Source: an uncultured Verrucomicrobiae bacterium (lineage in GTDB: Bacteria > Verrucomicrobiota > Verrucomicrobiia > Palsa-1439). From it: a stretch of DNA of 64,000 bases. The notes beneath the pieces are model-generated. The model did not search any database and had not been told where the DNA came from. It was given only the letters and a program-made list of their open reading frames with translations. Positions 20,905 to 28,381 of the stretch are shown here, in pieces (position 1 is the stretch's first letter; the number at the start of each line of letters is the position of its first letter). A program made the translations under genes and the position numbers. The stretch lies in the NCBI GenBank assembly GCA_963712025.1, contig CAVQGJ010000011.1, positions 455,929 to 519,928 of the forward strand, in the 5' to 3' direction.

Positions 20905-21132
20905 TCATCGGCGGTTCTTCTTTCGCTTTGGAGCGGAAAAATCCCGAGCAGGCATCCACACCGCATCCATTTTCGGCTTCTTGTCCGGTGCCGACATACC
21001 GATGAGTCTCAGCGACCGGAAGGCAGCCTCCTTGTCGCGGAATGCGGCCAGCGGGCGATACTCGCCATCGTACAGGGCCGAAATCACGTACACTTTCTTC
21101 GTCGGTACGATTGGAATTAGTTGGTTGCTCAT
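20905..21132 (-). CDS. small hypothetical protein (75 aa)
   Basis: ATG 21132 lies 4 nt after the stop of the upstream TPR gene. MSNQLIPIVPTKKVYVISALYDGEYRPLAAFRDKEAAFRSL.. Confidence 0.5.
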   Translation of the reverse strand: MSNQLIPIVPTKKVYVISALYDGEYRPLAAFRDKEAAFRSLRLIGMSAPDKKPKMDAVWMPARDFSAPKRKKNRR

Positions 21133-21135
21133 GCT

Positions 21136-21741
21136 TCATCCTCCTTGGCCTTGGCGATGGTCTGTCGTCAATCCATTGCCAACACTGTCTCGCAACTCAG
21201 CGGCTTGTTGGCATGTCTCTGCTGATTCTCGGATTCGGCCAAGCCGAAACAGAATCTTGCCACGGTGGTTTATCACACGGGCCGCGTCCTTGCGCATTTC
21301 GGGATATGGATTTGCGCTCATCAATTCACGGTAGAGCCGGATGGATTCGTCCACCGTTTTCAATGCCTCATCGAACCGATTCAGTTGAAACAGCGCATCG
21401 GCTTTGGTCGATAACGCATAAGCGATGTCGATTCGGTACTGAGTAGCGCCCGCCTCGACCGCCTTCCGGTAATTGTTAATGGCGGCATCGTTGCTTGCCA
21501 CTGATTCTTCGTACTGCATAAGGCGAAACAGAACTTCGCCAGCATAGTATTGAGTCTGAGCCAAATCGGTTACGGATTCGACCCCACCATCTCGTGCGAG
21601 CCGCTCGAAAATTTCCGACGACTCATGGAATCGCTCAAGCGCCTCTTTGTAAGAATCCCCATCAATACACTTCAAGCCGTCACGGGCCGCCGCAACAGCG
21701 CCATCACGGATAGCTGCGTGGTCTTTGATAGTTTCAGCCAT
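21136..21741 (-). CDS. TPR-like helical repeat protein (201 aa), cassette A
   Basis: Paralog of 22786-23292 (shared ..VASNDAAI..AGxxxYxIxIAYALSTxADALxxLNRFxExL..). C-terminus CQQAAELRD. Confidence 0.6.
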   Translation of the reverse strand: MAETIKDHAAIRDGAVAAARDGLKCIDGDSYKEALERFHESSEIFERLARDGGVESVTDLAQTQYYAGEVLFRLMQYEESVASNDAAINNYRKAVEAGATQYRIDIAYALSTKADALFQLNRFDEALKTVDESIRLYRELMSANPYPEMRKDAARVINHRGKILFRLGRIRESAETCQQAAELRDSVGNGLTTDHRQGQGG

Positions 21742-21760
21742 GTTACATACCTCCTAGCAT

Positions 21761-22264
21761 CTAGCGGACAAAGGTGTGTCCTCCCCATCCGCGCCGGTGG
21801 CGTCGCCCAAATTCCGCCTCGGCCAGTTTGTCGCACCAATCTGTGCGGCCTGATTCAACCAGTGTGCGGATAGCTCGCGCTGCGTCGGAGTACGACTGCT
21901 CGGCGCTAACGCCACACGCCGCATTGGAGCGAGCGTCTATCAAGAATGCGATGGCCGCAGATTCGTCTGTGTCACGAGCGTTGTCCCATGTCTCGCGCCA
22001 TCCACCGTTTTTGACGCGCTCCCGACACGATGGACAAGCCCACACCCCTTCAATGCGATTAGCCTCGCGGATGTCGAGTCGGCCCGGGCAGAATTCACAG
22101 AATCGGAACGGTTGCTGTTCCAGCGCCTTCGCGCCAGCCGTGCCTAGACAGCACAAGCAAATGAATTCACTCCGACCAGCAACGGTCGGGTGTGTCTGCA
22201 TGTGATTCCATTGGCCCCGATAGAGACCGACCTTGCCGCAGAGTTGGCAGACCTGCGAACCCAT
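21761..22264 (-). CDS. Cys-rich (multi zinc-ribbon-like) hypothetical protein (167 aa), first gene of cassette A
   Basis: CQLCG..CLCC..CEFCPG..CPSC motifs. Directly preceded by structured leader copy A. Confidence 0.55.
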   Translation of the reverse strand: MGSQVCQLCGKVGLYRGQWNHMQTHPTVAGRSEFICLCCLGTAGAKALEQQPFRFCEFCPGRLDIREANRIEGVWACPSCRERVKNGGWRETWDNARDTDESAAIAFLIDARSNAACGVSAEQSYSDAARAIRTLVESGRTDWCDKLAEAEFGRRHRRGWGGHTFVR

Positions 22265-22284
22265 CTTGTCCCGTTTCCCTTCCT

Positions 22285-22466
22285 GCGATCAGGACAAACA
22301 GAAACCGCGCTCGGTCAGGAACGCGGTTCAATCTGCGTGGAGTTACTGTTCGGACGGTCATTCGCCGCCCGCACATCGACCGGAGCAACTTACTCTGGTC
22401 AAGCCACCGTGGGACTCCCGCCCCGGTTGGCAGATTCGGCTTTCACCGAATCGTTCCTGATGCTGG
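22285..22466 (-). ncRNA. candidate structured 5' leader RNA, copy A (ends in a terminator-like hairpin 22303-22328 plus a U-rich tract)
   Basis: About 85-90% identical to 24046-24257. Several hand-foldable hairpins. Promoter immediately upstream, RBS and ATG about 20 nt downstream. Confidence 0.55.
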
Positions 22467-22470
22467 CGCG

Positions 22471-22498
22471 ATTATACACCACGCCGTCGCTGAGTCAA
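22471..22498 (-). promoter_or_regulatory. sigma70-like promoter for leader A
   Basis: Minus strand TTGACT (22498-22493), 16-nt spacer, TATAAT (22476-22471). The conserved leader begins 5 nt downstream. Confidence 0.55.
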
Positions 22499-22505
22499 GC
22501 TCGGA

Positions 22506-22760
22506 TTAGAGCATCTCGACTTGATTGCTTCTTACACCATCCGCTTTTGGACTGGCAAACGGGTCTATGCGCGGCGGACAATCGAGGCGTTCAGTCTTGT
22601 TCAACAAGCCCTCGATGGTGAGAATCTGAACACGCGGATAGTCCTTGTCACTCCACAGTTTTGATGTGTAGCAGTTTGCCTCCACTGCTTCCAATTTCAT
22701 CTTCGACGTTGGCGGGTCGAGTGTGATGAGCACGCCCGCCTTGAACCCCTGATTGCCCAT
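22506..22760 (-). pseudogene. C-terminal fragment of a DNA methyltransferase
   Basis: ..KAGVLITLDPPTSKMKLEAVEANCYTSKLW..YPRVQILTIEGLLNKTERLDCPP. This is the typical C-terminus of N6/N4 methylases, and no upstream catalytic part is present. Confidence 0.55.
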
Positions 22761-23292
22761 GTCTGCCTCGCACGACTGACGAAACCTGGCGGATGGATTC
22801 CTCCACGACTGTCAACGATTCCTTGAATCGATTCAAGCGATACAAGGCATCGGCATTGGTGGACAGCGCGTAAGCAATGTGGATTTCGTACTCGCTCTGG
22901 CCTGCGTTGACCAATTCCTGCCACAACCGGATGGCCGCGTCGTTGCTGGCGACACATCCCTCGTACTTGGCGTTGTGGAAGAAGCCTTCGCCCGTGTCAT
23001 AGTGCGCCTCCGCCAAATCGCAGGCGAATTCGGCATGGCCGCGATTGACCAGCCGCTTGAATACTTTCAATCCCCTTCGGAAACACGCGAGCGCCTCTTT
23101 GTGGTGACGGTCATGGAGCAACTTCAACCCTTGCGTCATCACGTCTGCCGCGTCATTTCGCTCTTGTTCTGACACAATCTTGTCGGCCATCTGGTTAGCG
23201 AACGCCTCGAATTCGGCTTTCGTGGCACCGCCGCTAATGAATCCAAGCGGCACCATGTCCGGTGTTTGGATGAATGGGGGGTTAGGATTCAT
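22648..23292 (-). CDS. TPR-like protein, cassette B second gene, truncated and fused into the methylase remnant
   Basis: ATG 23292 (MNPNPPFIQ..). Paralogy to 21136-21741 stops after ..TVVEESIRQ (about 22786). The remaining ORF reads out of frame across the methylase fragment. Confidence 0.5.
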   Translation of the reverse strand: MNPNPPFIQTPDMVPLGFISGGATKAEFEAFANQMADKIVSEQERNDAADVMTQGLKLLHDRHHKEALACFRRGLKVFKRLVNRGHAEFACDLAEAHYDTGEGFFHNAKYEGCVASNDAAIRLWQELVNAGQSEYEIHIAYALSTNADALYRLNRFKESLTVVEESIRQVSSVVRGRHGQSGVQGGRAHHTRPANVEDEIGSSGGKLLHIKTVE

Positions 23293-24025
23293 GGTCGGTT
23301 GCGCCTCCACTCTTGACCTGAGCGTGCAATTCGGCGGCTCGCTGATAGCACGCGCTGGCCTCCGCTGCCCGATGCAGCCCCTTCAACGCATGGCCTTCGC
23401 ATCGCAGCGACCAGATGAGGACATTCTTGAATCGCTTTTCGTCGGTGGGGCCGCTTATCCCGTCCAGAGCTTCAACCGCGCCGTGAGCGCAAGTCACGGC
23501 TTCGTCAAATTGTCCACGGTTGCAAAAGATGATGCTTTTTTCCGCGAGTACCCATGCCGTCTCCTGTAGCGCGTCGGCCCGCAACGTGCCGCCAAGCAAC
23601 CGCTGGTAGACGGCCAGAGCCTCACCGAGTCTAGTCAGTGCATCGTCGAATTTTCCCGCCTTTCGGAGCGACTGGCCAATGGTAAAGAGCGTGATGCCGA
23701 ATTTCAACACCATGGGTTCACTCCATCGGTCAGACCAGTCGAGATACGCCGCGCCCACTTTGGCGAAAACGCCCAGTCCTTCGTCAAATTGGCGTGAGTG
23801 AACAAAATGCAGCGCATAGTCAAGCAGCGCGTCTACTCGTTCCGGCGGCAAATACGTAAGACCCCGATGCGCGGCAGCGCCGCCAATGATTTGGATGCCG
23901 CCGCCAATCATCTGGTCGGTGATGTCCTGAATCTCCACCTTGCTGCCGTCGGTCGTCGCCGGGTCATACTCGCCAAGGTCGGATAATCGCTTCGGTGCTT
24001 CTGACTGATTGCTGGTCCCACACAT
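23282..24025 (-). CDS. TPR-like helical repeat protein (247 aa), first gene of cassette B
   Basis: Helical repeats. The C-terminus CYQRAAELH resembles that of the other cassette proteins. Preceded by leader copy B. Confidence 0.6.
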   Translation of the reverse strand: MCGTSNQSEAPKRLSDLGEYDPATTDGSKVEIQDITDQMIGGGIQIIGGAAAHRGLTYLPPERVDALLDYALHFVHSRQFDEGLGVFAKVGAAYLDWSDRWSEPMVLKFGITLFTIGQSLRKAGKFDDALTRLGEALAVYQRLLGGTLRADALQETAWVLAEKSIIFCNRGQFDEAVTCAHGAVEALDGISGPTDEKRFKNVLIWSLRCEGHALKGLHRAAEASACYQRAAELHAQVKSGGATDHES

Positions 24026-24045
24026 GATGCACCCTGTCCTTTCTC

Positions 24046-24257
24046 GCGATCAGGACAAACAAAAACCGCGTTCGTCAGGAACGCGGTTCAAACTGCGGAG
24101 TATTTTGTTCGGGGATTCCAGTCCAGAGGGCTCTAATTGCCCAAGGAGGGAACCACTCCCGCACATCGACCGGAGCTACTCGCTCCGACCAAGCCACCGT
24201 GCGAACTCCCTCGCCGGTTGGCAGATTCGGCTTTCACCGAATCGTTCCTGATGCTGG
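24046..24257 (-). ncRNA. candidate structured 5' leader RNA, copy B (terminator-like hairpin 24064-24088 plus UUUUUGUUUGU)
   Basis: Same blocks as copy A with a 30-nt longer central hairpin. Compensatory substitutions occur in two stems. Confidence 0.55.
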
Positions 24258-24261
24258 ACAG

Positions 24262-24290
24262 AGAATATCAGGTAACAGATTCGATTGCAA
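24262..24290 (-). promoter_or_regulatory. sigma70-like promoter for leader B
   Basis: Minus strand TTGCAA (24290-24285), 17-nt spacer, TATTCT (24267-24262). Confidence 0.45.
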
Positions 24291-24296
24291 GCGAAT

Positions 24297-26691
24297 TTAG
24301 GCGGGCTGCTTTTCAGATGCTTCCCATCGCGCGCTGGACGCCTTGACCGATTCGTAGTTGGCATCAAGGCTCGGCTGTAAAAGCACAAGCGCAGCAATGC
24401 GACGGGCCATCGCCGTAACTTCTTGGACCTCCTCAACCCGCAACGAGCGGCCAAGCAGCGCATCTTCTCGGTAGCTAAGCCATTTCTTGATGACCTGATA
24501 GCCGCCGATGGTGTAATCCCATATCTGCCAACGCGCCGCGCAATCGCACCGGGAAGTAATAGGCGTCGTCGCGCAACGCATGGTCGTCGCCTAGCAACCG
24601 TGTAAAACAAAATGGCACGCCTTCAGGATTTGCCTTTCCTGTGCATCGTGTAAGCAAGAAACTGTTGCCGGGCCAACATTGCGCCCAAAGCGTAGGACGC
24701 GGTTCGTTCCAAAGCGGTCTGACCCCACTGTAATAGCAGTAGCGGGTATCGAAGGGGCGAACGAAGTATGCTCGCAAATGTGATGGCACGAACTTTTCGA
24801 CGGCAAGAATCTTATTTCTAGTCTTCCTAGCGTCAAATCGTGCCGCGTTCTCGACTAGACCACCTCCTGCTGCCGCAAGCGTTTCCCAAGTCACGTTAGG
24901 GTCACAATATCTTCTCATCCGCTGTTCAAGCGTCGCTTGGTCAGTGTCAATTAGTGTCCCGCCGCGTTTCTCCATCAGACCATTGGGCGGAGCCTGCGCG
25001 CATAATTCAGAAATCTTAGGCCACTTTGCATAGTGGTCGGCAACATTGCCCGGGACGGAACGAGAACCGATTGCTTTTCTTTGGTTCCGCTATGGCGAAT
25101 TTCTCCTCGAATTGCCAAGCACGACCAAAATATCGCCCTCATGTTTCACCTGATTGGCAGCGTCGTACTCCTGTTTCAATTCCGGCATGTTCATTTCCAG
25201 TTGTTGCAGCCGAGCCTTGCCCTCATTAGATGGCGGTTGCCAGCCGGTGAGTGAGTTCGTCAGATAAACACGGACGCGATCAGTCTCGGTGAGCGGGGCT
25301 TTCAGGTTTTGCAACAATAAGCCGATTTGAAGGTGAGAAACCACAAATGGTGCCGGTAAATCTCGAATCCAAACAGACGTTCAAGCGTTGCCTTTTTAAG
25401 CTCGTCTGGAACGGTGGCATCGCCACTATTCTCTTGGAGGGTCGCGTGAATCCTCCTGATGACTTCCAGCAAATAACCCGCCGTTCCACAACAGGGGTCA
25501 AGCACGTGGACGTGCTTGTTGGCGAATCCGTCCTCCAAATCAAGTTCTTCACGCAATATCTTGTCCACTCGCTCAACTTGGTAACGGATAATTTCTCGCG
25601 GGGTCAGCCAGACGCCAAGTTGCTTTCGTAATTCCGGGTCGAAGGCCTTTAGGAATGGCTCATAGAAGTATTGCACGGCCTGATGCTCGTCAAACCGAGC
25701 AAAGAAAGTGGTGCGCTCCACTCGGTTAAGTAGGTTTTCCGTCCACCCTAGGACTTCCGTAAGACCAAGAGGTTTCAATTTGGACGGCGAGGAAACCTGT
25801 TGAAACAACGCTTGGATAACGGGCAGCCTGAGATAATCGACGCACTCCCGCCAGCGAAAGTCATTTTTCCGGGTTGGATTTTCCTTGTGCCATAGAACCC
25901 ACCCGGAGAACACGCCATAGAAAAGCGTTTGCACAAGTGTCGAATGGAAAAAGTGTTGAGCTTCTTCATCCGAGAACTTCATACCCAGTCCTTCTTCCAA
26001 TGCTGTTCGCGTTGAGGCCAATGCTGGCAAATCGGCCTGCTGTTCGACATGGATGCGAGCATCGCGAGCGTAGGACGCGAGAAACCAAGCGACCATTTCT
26101 GGTTCAATTATCGTGGAGGAATTGAGCATCACCCGCTTCAAGTATTCTGCTATCAATTCCCCATGACGCTCTGCCGTCTTGCGAGCATGGTCAGTAGCTC
26201 TCCAAAAATCATCCTCGTTGGTTGCCAAGGAGTAGGTCTCCAGTTCTACTGGCTTTCCATTCGTGTCACGTCCAACCAAGAGAAAGCTCCAGAAATTTGT
26301 CACCAATACTTGACCGTATTTTCCCAAGTACCGTATGACCTGCTCGCCCTTCGCCACATCCCGCAGAGATTCTCCGGCGGGTTTGGCTTCGATTACTCCG
26401 CGGTCGGGGTCCAACTCAGCTAATGGAGGCACGGCTTGGTTTTGTTTGAGCAAAGATGTCGTGAATAATCCGAAGTCGGGAATTCCTTTGCCGTGGTTCT
26501 TCGGATGGTTGATGGAGGTGATCTTAGGTTTGAGTGTGTCGCCAATTGTATTCAGTAGATCGGAGAGAGCCGGGTATCCTGAAGTTTCGTCCGTACCTGC
26601 TCCACGAATTGACTGCACGCGGTTGAGATAGCGTTCTAGCGCCTCGGTAAACTTCGACGTAGTGGTTTTTTCAGGTTTCATCGTCATCATC
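24297..26691 (-). pseudogene. MmeI-like type IIG restriction-modification enzyme remnant (several frame breaks plus an internal deletion of the NPPY region)
   Basis: N-terminal PD..EAK nuclease-like motif (GIPDFGLF..RGVIEAKP). SAM motif I VLDPCCGTAGYL. ..GFEI|LPAPFVVSHLQIGLLLQNL.. ILVVLGN is followed directly by FEEKFAIAEPKKSNRFSFRP. Type-ISP-like C-terminal domain ..WDYTIGGYQVIKKWLSYRE. The pieces lie in ORFs 25302..26879, 25090..25344, 24475..24975 and 24297..24581. Confidence 0.65.
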
Positions 26692-26961
26692 ATCCCACGG
26701 GTCCGGGTAATACCCGGTGTCGTCAGCAATCGCCTTGCTGACACGTTCCGGTATCGAGCCATCCTTGCAAAACTGTCCGGCTTCCTCTGCGGTGACTGGA
26801 ATGGCATCGTTCCATTCACCGACTGTGCCCTTCCAGGGTTTCCACTCGCCGTTGTCGAAAGTGAGTATGCCCCCGCCATCCCTCATCGGCTCTGGGTCGA
26901 TTAACTGGCGAGCGCGGGTTATTGAATATCTGCCATATAGGTCATCGCCCATGCGAGTCAC
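26671..26961 (-). CDS. small hypothetical protein with acidic tail (96 aa)
   Basis: Its start overlaps the upstream gene's stop by 4 nt, and its own stop overlaps the start of the RM remnant. Ends ..YYPDPWDDDDDET. Confidence 0.5.
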   Translation of the reverse strand: MTRMGDDLYGRYSITRARQLIDPEPMRDGGGILTFDNGEWKPWKGTVGEWNDAIPVTAEEAGQFCKDGSIPERVSKAIADDTGYYPDPWDDDDDET

Positions 26962-28067
26962 GAAGCCTGCTTGTCCAACTGTTTCACCCGGTTCTTTAGC
27001 TCGACTTCACGCGCGGCCCATTCCTTGCCGAGCGCCGCGTGCTCCAAGCAGTCAAATAATTCTTCGCTGGTCAAACCACCGTTGCCTAGCAACTTGCCCA
27101 CCGCTTCCCGGTCGCGCTCGACAGCCAACTGCATTTGTTCGAGGTCTTTCACGCCCGCGAACGTCTGCTTGCGGATGGATAGCAGGGTGTCCTTCACCCG
27201 TTCCAACAGGTCGAGATTGCGCAGGAATTTCTCGACGACCAGATTCACCGCGTCCAGCCGGACCGCCAACGTCTTGCCATCTTTCTCGGCTTGCGCTCGT
27301 TCAATGACCATGCGACGCGCCAGCAAGTAGGCGATACGCAGTGGCTCGAAATTGTACCGGGCGCGATCAGTGATGGCCACGAAGCCGCGTTCCTCGAAAT
27401 ACCGTAGTGACCCGACCTCACTTTTGATGGCATCCTTCGCCGTCGCGTCGTCAAGTACGATGATTTGCTCGTCCGACTTTCGGTTGGCCTTCATTTCCAA
27501 CAATTGCGATAACACCGTGTCACCATCCGCGACCACGGCCCGCTTCGCAATCGTACCGAGAGCCATTCCGACTACCAATTTACTTTCGACAGCGATGATT
27601 CGCGGCGACGGCAAGCGAGGGTCGTTGACGGTCACGAGAATATCGCCGGTCTTATTCAGTTCATCCTCAGCCGTCGCGCCGGTAAGCGCCACGGTGTCAG
27701 CTAGTTTTTCGGCTCGAATGATGTCTTTGAGCACGTCGCTGTATTCGACTTCCGCCTCCGCGCCTTTGCGGGTCGTACCGGCCAGAATCTCGCGGTTCTT
27801 ATAGAGCAGTTTGAGGCTTTCGAGTTGCACACCAAGCTCGTCCTCAGTGCGGGCAAGGAACGCGCTTACCCGGTCCTCCATGAGCGCCAGTGACCCGATG
27901 CCGACGGCCTTCCGTACTGCATCGGCGCGGTCGTCGGCCTTGGTGTTGGACAGGTATTCAAACACCAACGGATGCGTGAGCGTGAGGTGGTCAACGACGA
28001 CGGACTTGCTCTCCGCGTCCATCGTGACCTTTTCCTTGTCCGGCACTTTCGCTGGTTGCTTGCTCAT
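26958..28067 (-). CDS. coiled-coil protein with PD-(D/E)xK-like nuclease motif (DUF2130/RmuC-like pattern)
   Basis: 369 aa. ..TRKGAEAEVEYSDVLKDII..TGDILVTVNDPRLPSPRIIAVESKLV.. (D..ExK spacing). Long helical N- and C-terminal regions. Confidence 0.55.
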   Translation of the reverse strand: MSKQPAKVPDKEKVTMDAESKSVVVDHLTLTHPLVFEYLSNTKADDRADAVRKAVGIGSLALMEDRVSAFLARTEDELGVQLESLKLLYKNREILAGTTRKGAEAEVEYSDVLKDIIRAEKLADTVALTGATAEDELNKTGDILVTVNDPRLPSPRIIAVESKLVVGMALGTIAKRAVVADGDTVLSQLLEMKANRKSDEQIIVLDDATAKDAIKSEVGSLRYFEERGFVAITDRARYNFEPLRIAYLLARRMVIERAQAEKDGKTLAVRLDAVNLVVEKFLRNLDLLERVKDTLLSIRKQTFAGVKDLEQMQLAVERDREAVGKLLGNGGLTSEELFDCLEHAALGKEWAAREVELKNRVKQLDKQAS

Positions 28068-28381
28068 TTGCGCCCTTCTTTCTCTTTGATCTCACTGACG
28101 ATGGCCGCTTGTACCGCCTTTTGCGGCGTGTCTATCGGCGGCACTCCCAACACGGCCACGTACTTCGTCTTTTCGTCCTGTGCGCCGTCCAGATGGCTCC
28201 ACGCATAACATCGCTTGGCCTTCGGATGGCCGACCAAATCGAACACTTCCACGATACCGCGCCATGCTGTCTTGCCCTGAAAGACTTCATGCACCGGCAC
28301 GGATTCGATGTGCTTGGAATCGCAGCCGTGCAGCTTGCCGATCACGGCCCGCAGTTCTTCGACGTATTCAGGATTCGCCAC
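28064..28381 (-). CDS. small conserved hypothetical protein (105 aa)
   Basis: MANPEYVEELRAVIGKLHGCDSKHIESVPVHEVFQGKTAWRGIVEVFDLVGHPKAKRCYAWSH.. Its start overlaps the transposase stop by 14 nt. Confidence 0.55.
   Translation of the reverse strand: MANPEYVEELRAVIGKLHGCDSKHIESVPVHEVFQGKTAWRGIVEVFDLVGHPKAKRCYAWSHLDGAQDEKTKYVAVLGVPPIDTPQKAVQAAIVSEIKEKEGRK

Noticed and set aside
20831-21139. 102-aa ORF overlapping the 75-aa ORF in another frame
   Set aside because: The 75-aa frame starts 4 nt after the upstream TPR gene's stop and has normal composition. The 102-aa frame is Arg/Gly/Pro-rich, and its 3' part is better explained as an out-of-frame TPR-tail remnant.
22400-22452. Resemblance of the leader RNA to cobalamin (GGUGAAAGCC hairpin) or T-box (GGUGGC could pair with a GCCA 3' end) elements
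   Set aside because: No B12 box or GCCACUG is present. The UGGC lies in a closed stem about 100 nt from the terminator, not in an antiterminator bulge. The downstream genes are unrelated to cobalamin or aminoacyl-tRNA metabolism. The leader is therefore kept as unclassified.
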